Shown: positions 47,629 through 58,719, numbered from the stretch's first letter. The stretch is DNA of 64,000 nucleotides from Patescibacteria group bacterium (GCA_035529375.1 DATKWU010000009.1:93848-157847); one strand, 5' to 3'. Program-made: numbers and translations. Notes: a model not told the origin generated them from the sequence alone.

Positions 47629-47760
47629 TTTCAAAATTACTAACTAAGGTAAAATTCTCTATATTGTTTTTTTACCTCTTGACTTTTTGTGAAAAAGATT
47701 TTATTGTCAATTCAATATTCAGTCTGCCCCCTAAAAGTTTAATACGATAAACTAAATAAG

Positions 47761-48627
47761 ATGCCAAGAGAAATTCCTCAATCTGAAACTCTAAAAACCC
47801 CTAAATCTGAATTTGTTGCCAAATTAGAAAATCGTTGGCAACAAGGCAATTTTGTTTGTGTTGGCCTTGACTCAGATTTTTCTAAAATTCCCCTGGGAAT
47901 AAGAACCGACTCCATAGAACGTACAATGACTGTTTTTAATAGAGCAATTATTGAGGCGACTTATGATTTAGTTTGTGCTTATAAACCTAATATTGCTTTT
48001 TACGAAGCTCAAGGTGAACAAGGAATGAGAGCTTTAGCGAGAACCATAAATTTTATTAAAGATTTTCATCCTGATATTCCTGTTATTCTTGATGCTAAAC
48101 GAGGTGATATTGGTAACACTAACCTTGGTTATATCAAGGCCGCTTTTGATGAATTAAGAGCAGATGCAGTCACTGTTCATCCCTATCTTGGTAGAGAAGC
48201 CTTAAAACCATTCTTAGACCGTCAAGATAAAGGTATTATAGTTTTAGCCAGAACTTCCAATCCTGGTGCCGGTGAATTTCAAGATCTCCTAGTTGGCGAA
48301 AACCCACTCTATCAGATTGTGGCTAGAAATATAGCTGAATCTTGGAATGAAAATGGTAATTGTGCTATCGTTGCTGGTGCCACTTATCCTCAAGAACTAG
48401 CTGGAATCAGAGCTGTTGTTGGCGACTTACCAATTCTCATTCCTGGTATCGGCGCCCAAAAAGGTGATGTTGAAGCCAGTATTAAAGCAGGCAAAGATAG
48501 CCGCAATTTGGGAATGATTGTCAATTCTTCACGAGGGATTATCTTTGCTTCAGGCGGAGCAGATTTTGCTGAGGCAGCCAGACAAGAGACTGAAAAATTA
48601 AGAGAAGAAATTAATAGATATAGATAA
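47761..48627 (+). CDS. pyrF: Orotidine-5'-phosphate decarboxylase
   Basis: CVGLD, YKPNIAFYE, DAKRGDIGNT, RTSNP, LIPGIGAQ, NSSRGI. Confidence 0.96.
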   Translation: MPREIPQSETLKTPKSEFVAKLENRWQQGNFVCVGLDSDFSKIPLGIRTDSIERTMTVFNRAIIEATYDLVCAYKPNIAFYEAQGEQGMRALARTINFIKDFHPDIPVILDAKRGDIGNTNLGYIKAAFDELRADAVTVHPYLGREALKPFLDRQDKGIIVLARTSNPGAGEFQDLLVGENPLYQIVARNIAESWNENGNCAIVAGATYPQELAGIRAVVGDLPILIPGIGAQKGDVEASIKAGKDSRNLGMIVNSSRGIIFASGGADFAEAARQETEKLREEINRYR

Positions 48628-48636
48628 GCTACGGAT

Positions 48637-49317
48637 ATGGAAAGAAGAGGAAATCAACCTTTAAATCCAGAAAATTTAACAGCAGAGTCACAGTTATGTC
48701 TTCAACTATTTGTTATTGGTGCAATTAAATTCGGCGATTTTAGATTAAAAGTACATGATAAACATCCAGAAGCACCCCCGTCACCTGTTTACATTGACCT
48801 CAGACTTCTTCGAAGAGAACCTGAAGCTAAAGTTGCAGCAGTTGATGTTTATCAAGAGCTACTCAAACCCCTAAAATTTGACTTATTAGCTGATGTACCT
48901 ACAGCCGCAACACCGTTAGTCTCTTCTCTTTCAGACAGATTAGGTGTTGGTATGATTACACCCCGAACTGATATAAAAACTCATGGTGCAGGAGTAAAAA
49001 TAGATGGAATGAGAACGTTTGATAAAGGTAAGACTGTAGTTTTAGTTGACGATCTAATCACCCATGCAGATTCTAAATTAGAAGCGGTCAGGATTCTTAG
49101 AGACGAAGGGTTAAGAGTAAGAGACGTTGTTGTCTTAGTTGATAGAAAACAAGGAGGCGAAGAACAACTTGCTGCCGAAGGAATTAAACTTCATGCCGCT
49201 CTAACAATGGATAAAATGTTAGCTTTTTATAACGGAATGGGAATGATTACTAATCCAGAATATGTAAGAATAAACCAAGGATTAGCAGATTTAAATGACT
49301 TCCTAGCAGGCCTCTAA
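48637..49317 (+). CDS. pyrE: Orotate phosphoribosyltransferase
   Basis: SPVYIDLR, KTHG, PRPP-binding VLVDDLIT, VDRKQGG; follows pyrF. Confidence 0.9.
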   Translation: MERRGNQPLNPENLTAESQLCLQLFVIGAIKFGDFRLKVHDKHPEAPPSPVYIDLRLLRREPEAKVAAVDVYQELLKPLKFDLLADVPTAATPLVSSLSDRLGVGMITPRTDIKTHGAGVKIDGMRTFDKGKTVVLVDDLITHADSKLEAVRILRDEGLRVRDVVVLVDRKQGGEEQLAAEGIKLHAALTMDKMLAFYNGMGMITNPEYVRINQGLADLNDFLAGL

Positions 49318-49346
49318 TTTTCTCTTTTCTAAAACTTCTTAAAAAA

Positions 49347-50564
49347 TTACAAAATGATGGCATTTTCCTTGCAAATTTTTGCGTAAGCATAAGCACTCTT
49401 TCTTATTTTTCTTTCTTGGTTTTTATAATTAATTTCAATTAAGCCAAATCGGGGTTTAAAACCAAAAGACCATTCAAAATTATCTATTAAAGACCAATAA
49501 AGGTAACCACGAACATCCACTCCTTCCTGGATTGCCTGATGAACCCATTGAAGATGATTGATAATAAATTTTTCTCTGTATTTGTCTTTGGCATCAGCCA
49601 CACCATTTTCAGTGATATAGATTGGGAGATTATATTTCTTTAAACTCGTCAAAACTTCGTAAATCCCTTGGGGGTAAAATTGCCAACCCAAGTCCGAACT
49701 TTCGAGGAGAATGGTTTTTTCAAGTTTCTTTTTGTTGACTTTCGTTTTCAAATCCTGAAAGCGAAGTTGGTGAAAAAGGTAGTAGTTTAAACCTAAAAAA
49801 TCATGGGTTTTTCCGGTCAAACGATAAAAAGAATGATTCAGGAATATTTTGATGAATGAAGGCACCGCTCGGCTTAAAAAATGGTTACCATAATAATGTA
49901 AAGCCGGCATATTAATCACGGCCCCCACTTGAGCATTGGGAAATTCATTTTTTATGGCTTGGTAAACTTCTTTGTGGGCTAAAGCAAGATTGCGGTAAAC
50001 TCGAAGGGCTAGCAACCTATTTTTCTTTTGTGGTGGCCAAAATCCTTGTAGGTAACCGGCGGCCACGATGGTTTTAGGTTCGTTAATGGTGACCCAAAAG
50101 TCGACCTTATCAGCCAAGGCCTTAACCGCAAACAGACAAAAGCGTTTGAAATATTCAATGTTCTCTTTTTTTTCAAAACCACCTTTTTTGGCAAACCATA
50201 AAGGCAAAGTAACATGATATAAAGAAACAAAAGTCTTTAGCTTTTCCTCTTTAAGAGTTTGAAGGACATTTTGATAGTGTTTTACTGCTTCATCATTCCA
50301 TTTACCCTCCTCTGGCTCAATTCTTGACCATTCGATGGAAAAGCGATGAGCATTGTGATTGAGTTTTTTTGCCAAGGCAAAATCTTCTTTGAAGCGACGA
50401 TAGTGATCACAGGCAATCCCTGAAGCCTTGATGTCTTTTCTTTTCTCCCATTCCCACCAATCATTACCTTTATTATTACCTTCAACTTGATGAGCAGCGG
50501 TGGCGGCTCCCCAAAGAAAATCTTTTGGAAAGACTAGCTTTTGGCTCTGATTGTCTCTTCTCAT
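49347..50564 (-). CDS. Glycoside hydrolase family 1 (beta-glucosidase-like)
   Basis: FLWGAATAAHQVEG, catalytic TINEP and ITENG, WSLIDNFEW. Confidence 0.95.
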   Translation of the reverse strand: MRRDNQSQKLVFPKDFLWGAATAAHQVEGNNKGNDWWEWEKRKDIKASGIACDHYRRFKEDFALAKKLNHNAHRFSIEWSRIEPEEGKWNDEAVKHYQNVLQTLKEEKLKTFVSLYHVTLPLWFAKKGGFEKKENIEYFKRFCLFAVKALADKVDFWVTINEPKTIVAAGYLQGFWPPQKKNRLLALRVYRNLALAHKEVYQAIKNEFPNAQVGAVINMPALHYYGNHFLSRAVPSFIKIFLNHSFYRLTGKTHDFLGLNYYLFHQLRFQDLKTKVNKKKLEKTILLESSDLGWQFYPQGIYEVLTSLKKYNLPIYITENGVADAKDKYREKFIINHLQWVHQAIQEGVDVRGYLYWSLIDNFEWSFGFKPRFGLIEINYKNQERKIRKSAYAYAKICKENAIIL

Positions 50565-51862
50565 ATTTGTTTTAATCTCTTAAGGGTCTTCTCTTTACCG
50601 ATCAGGGCCATAGTTTCAAAGAGAGGCGGAGTGGCGGTTTTACCAGTAAGGGTAATTCTGGTCGCCATAAAATATTTGCCGGTATGCCAATTGTTTTTTC
50701 TGACTAAGTCTCTGAACAATTTTTCTAATCTTTTTGCCTCCCAAACTTTGTTTTTTTCTAATTCAATGATTGATTTTTCGAATTGTTCTTTGAGTAATTT
50801 TTCTCCCTGACTTTTTTTAATGAGTAATTTTCTATCAACTTTTGGTTCTTTAATAAAAAAATCAATTAAATCAGGATAATCAGAGAGTTTAATCAATCTG
50901 TCTTTAATCAAAGGAACAGTTTGTTTGATTAAAGTATCACTCATTCCCTTAGGTGCATATTGTTTAATTAATTGAAGTAGTTCTTTATCTGTCTTTTCCC
51001 TAAGGTAAACACCATTCAACCAATCCAATTTTCTTAAATCAAAAACTGGTGCCGAAGTTGAAACTCGCTTAAAAGAAAAGTATTTAATAAATTCATCTAA
51101 ACTAAAAACCGTTTTGTCTTTGGGATGAGACCAGCCCATTAAACCAAAAAAGTTAACCATTGCCTCAGGTAAATAACCTTGTTTCTGATACCAAGAAAGG
51201 GCGACAAGATTTTTCCTTTTTGAAATTTTTGACTGGTCAGGATTTCTTAAAAGAGGCAGATGAGCGAATTCTGGCACCTTAGCCCCCAAAACCTGGTAAA
51301 GCATTATTTGCCTAGGCGTATTAGAAATATGATCTTCACCTCGAATCACATGGGAAATTTTCATTAACCAATCATCAATCACCACGGCAAAATTGTAAAC
51401 AGGATAGCCATTTGACCTTAAGATAACAAAATCTTCGATTTGCCCATTATCGAAACTTATTTCTCCACGAATAAGGTCTTGCCAAGAGGTTTTTCCTTGA
51501 GGAACTTTGAATCGAATTGCCCCTTCGTCTTGGTAAGCGAGTTTTTTTTCTAGCAATTCTTGGGCATATTTTTGATAAAGATTAGTTCTTTCTGATTGCC
51601 GATAAGGCCCAAACTTACCCCCAACGTCCGGACCCTCATCGTAATTTAAACCCAGCCAGTGCAAACCAGCAAAAATTGCTTTTTCCGCTTTAGGTACATG
51701 TCGTTTTATGTCTGTATCTTCGATTCGAAGAATAAATTTGCCTTTGTTTTTTTTGGCAAAAGCATAATTAAAAAGAGAGATGTAGGCGGTGCCAACATGG
51801 GCAAAGCCGGTTGACGAAGGCGAAATTCTGACTCGGATACTCATTTGCCTTGATTTTAGCAT
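50561..51862 (-). CDS. gltX: Glutamate--tRNA ligase
   Basis: HVGT (HIGH), LRIEDTD, RGEDHISN, KISKR (KMSKS). The true start may be the second Met. Confidence 0.96.
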   Translation of the reverse strand: MLKSRQMSIRVRISPSSTGFAHVGTAYISLFNYAFAKKNKGKFILRIEDTDIKRHVPKAEKAIFAGLHWLGLNYDEGPDVGGKFGPYRQSERTNLYQKYAQELLEKKLAYQDEGAIRFKVPQGKTSWQDLIRGEISFDNGQIEDFVILRSNGYPVYNFAVVIDDWLMKISHVIRGEDHISNTPRQIMLYQVLGAKVPEFAHLPLLRNPDQSKISKRKNLVALSWYQKQGYLPEAMVNFFGLMGWSHPKDKTVFSLDEFIKYFSFKRVSTSAPVFDLRKLDWLNGVYLREKTDKELLQLIKQYAPKGMSDTLIKQTVPLIKDRLIKLSDYPDLIDFFIKEPKVDRKLLIKKSQGEKLLKEQFEKSIIELEKNKVWEAKRLEKLFRDLVRKNNWHTGKYFMATRITLTGKTATPPLFETMALIGKEKTLKRLKQI

Positions 51863-51895
51863 AGCATCACTTTATACTCAAAATAGATTTTCCAG

Positions 51896-52948
51896 ATGGC
51901 AACCCTAACTCAAACTGCCCAAACGACTCGGAAAGCGCTTAAATACGGCGTCATTGCCCTAGTCGCTATCTTTGTTCTGAAAATTGCCTGGGGGGTTGGA
52001 ACTGATATCTGGAAAAAAATTCACCCACCCCCGCCACCACCACCAACCATGGCTTTTGGTCCTTTACCAAAATTAAAATTTCCAGAAAAACAAACGCCTG
52101 AATTATCTTACCGTTTAGAAACTATCCAGGGAGCTCTACCCCAATTTGATAATATTGGTCGAGTTTACCTTTCACCTCAAAACCCGCCCAATCTCTTGGC
52201 TTTGGATAGGGCTAAACAAAAGGTTCGCAAGATGGGTTTCACTGGCCAACCGGAAAAAGTTAATGAAAATACTTATCGCTGGACAACCACGACAACTCCA
52301 GCAACTACTTTAGAAATGAATATCAATACTGGCAATCTTTATCTTCGTTATCAATTTGAAAATGATCAAGAACTTTTAGTTCAAAAAAACCTGCCAACTA
52401 ATGAACAGGCCGCCCAGGAAGCCAAAAGTTTCCTTCAAAACAATGGCCTGTTGACCGAAGATTTAGCCACTGGTAGTGCCGAGTTTAATTATCTAAAATA
52501 TATTCCCCCCAATTTGATTCCCGCCATTTCTCTTTCCGAGGCTGATTTTGTCCGAGTTAATTTCTTTAGAGCTGACCTTAATGACTTGAGAATTTATCCA
52601 CCTAACCCTAAAGAAGCCCTTGTTTCCTTTCTCTTCTCTGGTAGTCGGCTAATGGGTAAACGGATTATTGAAATTAAATATATTTACTACCCGATTGACC
52701 GCAATACTTCAGCCACCTATCCTCTTAAACCAATTAATAATGCCTGGCAAGAACTCCAATCAAAACAAGGTTACATTGCTAATTTAGGTCAAAATGATGA
52801 CAAACAAATTACCATTAGGAAAATTTATTTAGCCTATTATGACTCTGAAGAACCCCAAACTTTTGTCCAGCCAATTTATGTTTTTGAAGGCGATCAAAAC
52901 TTCTTCGCTTACGTTCCGGCGATTGACCCTAGTTGGACGGAGAAATAG
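51896..52948 (+). CDS. Hypothetical membrane-anchored protein
   Basis: 350-aa ORF; a TM followed by a poly-Pro linker. Confidence 0.75.
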   Translation: MATLTQTAQTTRKALKYGVIALVAIFVLKIAWGVGTDIWKKIHPPPPPPPTMAFGPLPKLKFPEKQTPELSYRLETIQGALPQFDNIGRVYLSPQNPPNLLALDRAKQKVRKMGFTGQPEKVNENTYRWTTTTTPATTLEMNINTGNLYLRYQFENDQELLVQKNLPTNEQAAQEAKSFLQNNGLLTEDLATGSAEFNYLKYIPPNLIPAISLSEADFVRVNFFRADLNDLRIYPPNPKEALVSFLFSGSRLMGKRIIEIKYIYYPIDRNTSATYPLKPINNAWQELQSKQGYIANLGQNDDKQITIRKIYLAYYDSEEPQTFVQPIYVFEGDQNFFAYVPAIDPSWTEK

Positions 52949-53915
52949 TTGGAGCGATATTCTCCCAACGATAATTGCTAAAAGCCCAATCAACTAATCT
53001 AGCGGTTTCGCCAAAACGATCTTGACTGCCTAAAATAACCGTAATTATTCCCCGACCATCTCGTTCAACATACCCTACTAAACATTCACCCGCTTCCTCA
53101 GTCCAACCAGTCTTAACCCCTTTCATCCCTGGCAGCCAAGAAAGTAATTCATTAATATTGTAAAGAACATGTTCAAATTGACCGGTCGTATTAGTGACCA
53201 CGATTTTTGGAGTGGCCACCATTTCACCTAAAAGTGGCTCTTTAATCACCAAGCTCGCTAATCTCGCTAAATCTAAAGCAGTTGAATAAGAATAACCAAC
53301 TAATAAATTACCTTTCTCATCAATATCCAAACCCGTAGGGTTAACAAAATAAGTGTCGTTCAGGTTTAATTCCTTAGCTTTCTCATTCATCGCCTCAACA
53401 AACCCTTTTTCTCCACCTGGGTAGTTTTGGGCTAACAAAGTAGCTGCGTCATTAGCTGAAGCGACTAACACCCCAAATAATAGACTCTTAACCGTCATCA
53501 CTTCTCCTCCTTTTAATCTCATATCCTGACCTTGATTATTGATGCCAATAACTGTCAAAGTACTTTCCAAATCATAGTAGTCAAGGACTACTAAAGCCGT
53601 CATCAATTTCACAGTCGAAGCCGGTAAAAGTTGAACTCTCTCGTCCTTGGCAAACATCACGACAGCTGAATCACGATCAACAACAATGATTGACTTAGCC
53701 GTCAAAGATGGTGCCGGTATCTCAGTAAAATTAACGGGATAATCAGCCACTCTAGGCAACTCTAATTCGATTGGCTGGATTTTAGGTGGTTGGTAAGTAG
53801 CTTGAACAATTGAATACCAATTGTTGCTGGGAAAAAGAAAAAAAATTAGCCCAAATAAAAAAAGAAAAGCTCTCTTTATCTTAATAGTAGTCAAATTGGG
53901 ATTTTTTGGCTTCAC
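52929..53915 (-). CDS. D-alanyl-D-alanine carboxypeptidase (peptidase S11)
   Basis: SxxK (STVK), SxN (SAN) and KTG motifs. Confidence 0.93.
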   Translation of the reverse strand: MKPKNPNLTTIKIKRAFLFLFGLIFFLFPSNNWYSIVQATYQPPKIQPIELELPRVADYPVNFTEIPAPSLTAKSIIVVDRDSAVVMFAKDERVQLLPASTVKLMTALVVLDYYDLESTLTVIGINNQGQDMRLKGGEVMTVKSLLFGVLVASANDAATLLAQNYPGGEKGFVEAMNEKAKELNLNDTYFVNPTGLDIDEKGNLLVGYSYSTALDLARLASLVIKEPLLGEMVATPKIVVTNTTGQFEHVLYNINELLSWLPGMKGVKTGWTEEAGECLVGYVERDGRGIITVILGSQDRFGETARLVDWAFSNYRWENIAPTISPSN

Positions 53916-55276
53916 TTTTTCATTACTTTGATTTTGAGTTCTTTTAATTGAGCTTCATCAACTTCACCGGGAGCATCCATCACTGATGTTTGACCACCGG
54001 CCGTCATCGGAAAAGCGATTAATTCTCGTACCGAACGTTCTCCTAGAGCCGCTAGCAAAAATCTATCAATGCCCGGAGCAATACCACCATGAGGCGGAAC
54101 TCCATATTCAAACGCTTTAAGAAGGTGACCAAATTTCTTCTCTATCTCTTTTTCCGAAAGGCCTAGAATTTTAAAAATTTTTCGCTGGATCTTGGGATCA
54201 GTAATCCTAATACTCCCTCCACCCACCTCCAAGCCGTTACAAACTAAGTCATGCTGCCAAGAACGCGCTTTCATTGGGTCTTTATCTAACAAAGGAAGAT
54301 CTTCATCTTTGGGAGCAGTAAAAGGATGGTGAGAGGGACTTAATTCTCTTTCTTTTGTCTTTTCAAATAAAGGAAAATCAATCACCCAAGCAAAAGCCAC
54401 TACCTTAGGATCTTTTTTCTTACGCAGATCAAATTTATCACTGCCAAATTTTTTCATTGCCTCGGCATGACTAAAACGAGGAAAAGGCTTTTTAAAAACT
54501 TTCTTTTTTAAAACTTTCTCCGTTATCTCAGTAAAAAGAGCTTCAGTAAGATTAAGAATCTCCTCCTGGGTTGTAAAAGACATTTCCAAATCAAGTTGAG
54601 TAAACTCTCCATAAGCCCGATCAATCCGAGGATCTTCATCACGAAAACAGCGGGCAATTTGGTAATACTTTTCAAATCCAGCTACCATTAATAATTGTTT
54701 GTATTGCTGAGGCGCCTGGGGTAAGGCGTAAAACTTGCCCGGCTGAAGTCGTGAGGGAACAAGAAAATCACGAGCGCCTTCTGGTGTAGCCTTGGAAAGA
54801 ATTGGTGTTTCGATTTCAATAAAACCTTTTTCATCAAGCCAATTACGAATGAATCTGATTACCCGATGTCTAATTTCAAGATTTTTTACTAATCGGGGTC
54901 GGCGCAGATCAAGATAGCGATACTTTAACCGAGTCTCTTCACCAATTTGATAACCATCACCTCGAATATCAAAAGGTAAATCTTCTGATCGAGCTAGAAT
55001 CTCAATCTTTTCTAATTCGACTTCTATTTCACCAGTGGGAATTTTAGGATTAATTAAATCCTTAGGTCTTTTTTTAACTTTGCCTTCTATTGTCACTACA
55101 TCCGAAATTCTTAATTCCCCTAGTTTTTCTTTACCGACAATCTGAACCAGGCCAGTTCTATCTTTCAAGTCAATAAAAACCAATTTACCATGGTCGCGCC
55201 GCCGATCAATCCAACCATTAAGTCTAACTTTTTTACCTATCTTTTTAGGTATTTCTTTAATAAGGGTTCTTTCCAT
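53912..55276 (-). CDS. aspS: Aspartate--tRNA ligase (short form lacking the GAD insertion)
   Basis: RLKYRYLDLRR, TPEGARDFLVP, QIARCFRDED, PPHGGIAPGIDR. Confidence 0.96.
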   Translation of the reverse strand: MERTLIKEIPKKIGKKVRLNGWIDRRRDHGKLVFIDLKDRTGLVQIVGKEKLGELRISDVVTIEGKVKKRPKDLINPKIPTGEIEVELEKIEILARSEDLPFDIRGDGYQIGEETRLKYRYLDLRRPRLVKNLEIRHRVIRFIRNWLDEKGFIEIETPILSKATPEGARDFLVPSRLQPGKFYALPQAPQQYKQLLMVAGFEKYYQIARCFRDEDPRIDRAYGEFTQLDLEMSFTTQEEILNLTEALFTEITEKVLKKKVFKKPFPRFSHAEAMKKFGSDKFDLRKKKDPKVVAFAWVIDFPLFEKTKERELSPSHHPFTAPKDEDLPLLDKDPMKARSWQHDLVCNGLEVGGGSIRITDPKIQRKIFKILGLSEKEIEKKFGHLLKAFEYGVPPHGGIAPGIDRFLLAALGERSVRELIAFPMTAGGQTSVMDAPGEVDEAQLKELKIKVMKK

Positions 55277-55314
55277 ATTTTAGATTCTATCCTCTAAAAG
55301 GATTTTTTGCAATT

Positions 55315-56958
55315 TTATTCTGGAATTTTAATGTCTTTAATTCTTAACTCTAACTGCTGGCGGCCATTCCATTGATTAAGAAAAAGATTATAGGCAAGGT
55401 CAACTGGTTGTTTGGTTGAAAGTTGAGGTAATAATTCTCCCTGACCAAAAGCAATCACCTCAAAGCCATTAACTCTAAATTTAAAATGTTGATTATCAGC
55501 CCCGACTCTTTTAAGATTAGCAATTCTTACTTGCCGGCTGGAAAAAACTGGTTGAGAATTATTCATCCCAAAAGGGGCAAATTTATTAATTTCTTGATAA
55601 AGAGCTAAGTTTAAATCAGTTAACTCAACCTCTATTTCAATTTCTATTCTCGGTCCTGATTTTTTCTTGCCTAAATCTTTTTCCGCCTTTTCTATTAATC
55701 TCTGTTTAGCTTCTTCTAATTTCTCCTGGCTGACATCAAAACCAGCCGCCAAACGATGACCACCATGGTCACCAATAATATCTTTCAATTCCCGAATGGC
55801 CTCAATAATATTAAACTCTTCAATTGACCGGCCCGAACCTACCCAACGATCTTTTCTGGGCGCTAAAATAATGGCTGGTCGATAAAATTCGTCTTTTAAT
55901 TTGCTCGCTACCAAACCAACAACACCATGCTCATAAGACTGATGGTAAATAAAGATCAAAGGACTTTCGCCATCTTCTTTTAACCAAAGTTCTCGAGCAT
56001 GAAGAGTGGTTTGTTTCATTAATTCCTGACGCTCACGATTTTTTTGGTCAATTTTCTGGGCTAAACTGATCGCTCGATTTTCATCATTAGTACAAATTAA
56101 GCGAAGCGCTTCCATCGGATCGTCCATCCTGCCACTGGCATTGATTCTTGGGCCAATAATAAAACCGACTTCATAGGTATCAATCTCTTTTTTATCAAGA
56201 CCAGCGAATTGATAAAGAGCTAACAAACCAGCTCGCTTAGTTTTGTTAACCTGGCTCAATCCGAATTTCACAATCGAGCGGTTAAGACCAACCAGAGGGA
56301 CCATATCGGTGATTGTTCCAATGGTAACTAAATCTAAATCAGGAGGTCTGGCTTTAACTTTAATTTTTTTAACCAGCCACTTGGCCAAAAACCAAGCCAC
56401 ACCACAACCAGCTAATTGGGTGGTATGGATAATGGCTCTTGCCTTAGGTCTCTTTTTTCCAGGCTGATGGTGATCAGTAATAATGACATCAATCCCTGTT
56501 TTTTTGGCATGAGCTACTTGACGATAAGTCACGATTCCTTGATCGACAGTAATAATTAATTTGACTCCCTCCTTAACCATTTGATCAATCACCTCAACCT
56601 TCAAACCATAGCCTTCTTCTCTTCGAGGGATAAAGGGCAGGACATTCAAACCTAATTTATTTAGAGTTTCCCACATAATCGCCGTCGCGCAAACACCATC
56701 AGTATCATAATCACCATAAACAATGACTTTTTCTTTTTTCTTAATTGCTTGTTTAATTCTTTTAAGCGCTTTATTTAATTGAACCAAGGAAATGCCAACA
56801 TCTTGAGGCGTCAATTGGCAGGGATCTTTGGGATTAAGAAATTCTTTTTGTTGTTTTTTTGTCTTCAAATCACGGTTCTTAAAAAGAGCTTTAACTATTT
56901 CTTCTCTTCTTCCTTGGGATTTAGTAGATTTAATTCTTGCTAAAACTTTCCATCTCAT
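55315..56958 (-). CDS. recJ: ssDNA exonuclease RecJ
   Basis: GDYDTDG, ITVDQG, TDHH, GPRINASGR, GGHRLAAG. Confidence 0.96.
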   Translation of the reverse strand: MRWKVLARIKSTKSQGRREEIVKALFKNRDLKTKKQQKEFLNPKDPCQLTPQDVGISLVQLNKALKRIKQAIKKKEKVIVYGDYDTDGVCATAIMWETLNKLGLNVLPFIPRREEGYGLKVEVIDQMVKEGVKLIITVDQGIVTYRQVAHAKKTGIDVIITDHHQPGKKRPKARAIIHTTQLAGCGVAWFLAKWLVKKIKVKARPPDLDLVTIGTITDMVPLVGLNRSIVKFGLSQVNKTKRAGLLALYQFAGLDKKEIDTYEVGFIIGPRINASGRMDDPMEALRLICTNDENRAISLAQKIDQKNRERQELMKQTTLHARELWLKEDGESPLIFIYHQSYEHGVVGLVASKLKDEFYRPAIILAPRKDRWVGSGRSIEEFNIIEAIRELKDIIGDHGGHRLAAGFDVSQEKLEEAKQRLIEKAEKDLGKKKSGPRIEIEIEVELTDLNLALYQEINKFAPFGMNNSQPVFSSRQVRIANLKRVGADNQHFKFRVNGFEVIAFGQGELLPQLSTKQPVDLAYNLFLNQWNGRQQLELRIKDIKIPE

Positions 56959-56981
56959 TGTGCTATCATAATAACATAGAA

Positions 56982-58391
56982 ATGAGCCAAAAACTCCCAG
57001 AAAAATTTAGTAAAAAAATTCCTAAAGAAATTTTGAGTGTCTTTAAAAAATTTACAGACCAAGGCCATGAAATCTATTTGGTCGGTGCTGGTGTGAGAAG
57101 TCTACTTCAAAATAAAGTTCCAATTGACTGTGATTTCACAACCAAGGCTACCCCTAAAATTATCCAGGCTTTATTCGATGATTCTTTTTACGATAATGCT
57201 TTTGGCACGGTCGGAATTCCTTTTAAAACTAAAAGAGGTGAAGAGGTTTATGAAATTACCACTTATCGAAAAGAATGGGGCTATTCTGATAAAAGAAGAC
57301 CAGATGAAGTTAAGTGGGGTAAAAAATTAGAAGAAGACTTAAGAAGAAGGGATTTCACTTTTAATGCCATTGTCATTGGACCAATCTTAAAAAATGGCCA
57401 GTGGGATCAAAAATCTTTGGAGCTGATTGACCTTTTTGATGGCCAAAAAGATTTTAAAAATAAAATTGTCAAGGCCGTAGGTGATCCGGATAAAAGATTT
57501 TCTGAGGACGCTCTAAGAATGATGCGAGCGATCCGTTTTGCTGCCCAACAAGGTTTTACCATCGAGAAAAAGACTTTTCAAGCGATCAAGAAAAACAACC
57601 AGTTAATCGATCAAATCAGTAAGGAAAGAGTTAGAGATGAACTGTTTAAGATTCTTACCAGCGATCATGCGGCTGATGGTTATTCAATCCTAAGAAACTC
57701 TGGCTTAGCCGAAATAATTCTGCCTGAAGTCAAAAAAATGTTTGGGGTTGAGCAAAAAAGCCCGGGTCGGCATCATCTTGACGACGTTGGCACTCATGCC
57801 ATTAAATCTCTTAAGGCTAGTAATTCCAGAGATCCAGTTGTTAACCTGGCGATTCTTATTCATGATGTTGGCAAGCCACTAGTGGCTGACAAAGATAAAA
57901 AAGGAACTATTACTTTCTACAATCATGAAATGGTTGGGACCCATTTAGCCCGAAACATTGCCCGAAGACTAAAATTTTCTAAAAAGGATGAGAATAGATT
58001 GATTACCCTAGTCCGTTGGCACCAATTCAGTGTTGATGAAAGACAAACCGATAAAGCTATCAGGCGTTTTATTAAAAATATTGGCAAGGAAAACTTAACC
58101 GATATGCTTGAATTAAGACGAGCAGACCGAGTTGGCGGTGGCGCCAGAGAAACCTCCTGGCGGTTTGAAAGATTTAAGAAAAAATTAGTCGAGGTTCAAA
58201 AACAACCTTTCTCTATTACTGATCTCAAGGTCAATGGTCAAGATGTTATGAAAATTCTGGGAATTCGTCCTGGACCAGTTGTGGGCAGGATTTTAAGCCA
58301 ACTATTTGAAGAGATTGAGGAAGATAAAAGTAAAAATAAACGCGCTTATCTTCTCAAAAGAATCAAACAGCTTGGAAAAAAACTAGCTTGA
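56982..58391 (+). CDS. cca: CCA tRNA nucleotidyltransferase with HD domain
   Basis: DCDFTT, EITTYR, RRDFTFNA, EDALRMMRAIRF, HDVGK. ATG 56982 avoids overlap with recJ. Confidence 0.92.
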   Translation: MSQKLPEKFSKKIPKEILSVFKKFTDQGHEIYLVGAGVRSLLQNKVPIDCDFTTKATPKIIQALFDDSFYDNAFGTVGIPFKTKRGEEVYEITTYRKEWGYSDKRRPDEVKWGKKLEEDLRRRDFTFNAIVIGPILKNGQWDQKSLELIDLFDGQKDFKNKIVKAVGDPDKRFSEDALRMMRAIRFAAQQGFTIEKKTFQAIKKNNQLIDQISKERVRDELFKILTSDHAADGYSILRNSGLAEIILPEVKKMFGVEQKSPGRHHLDDVGTHAIKSLKASNSRDPVVNLAILIHDVGKPLVADKDKKGTITFYNHEMVGTHLARNIARRLKFSKKDENRLITLVRWHQFSVDERQTDKAIRRFIKNIGKENLTDMLELRRADRVGGGARETSWRFERFKKKLVEVQKQPFSITDLKVNGQDVMKILGIRPGPVVGRILSQLFEEIEEDKSKNKRAYLLKRIKQLGKKLA

Positions 58392-58402
58392 ACAACTCCA
58401 AA

Positions 58403-58717
58403 ATGCTCCCAAAGAAAAAATTTATTAAAAAGGTTGAAGATTTTATCTGTGATGTTTGTGGTTTCAAAATAAAAGGTGCTGGTTACACTGATCATTGTCC
58501 TCATTGTCTTTTCAGCAAACATGTTGATATTAACCCTGGAGACAGGCAAGCAACTTGCCATGGTTTAATGGAACCAATTGGTATTACTCAAAGAAAAGGC
58601 AAACAGCAAATTCTCTATCGCTGTCAAAAGTGTGGCTATCAAAGGTTCAATAAGGTCTCACTAGAAGATAATCAAGAAAAACTTCTTGAAATTTCCTCAC
58701 TCCCTATTAAAGAATAA
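58403..58717 (+). CDS. RNHCP-domain protein
   Basis: FICDVCG...TDHCPHCLFSKHVD..PGDR...CHGLM...CQKCG. Confidence 0.85.
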   Translation: MLPKKKFIKKVEDFICDVCGFKIKGAGYTDHCPHCLFSKHVDINPGDRQATCHGLMEPIGITQRKGKQQILYRCQKCGYQRFNKVSLEDNQEKLLEISSLPIKE

Positions 58718-58719
58718 AT

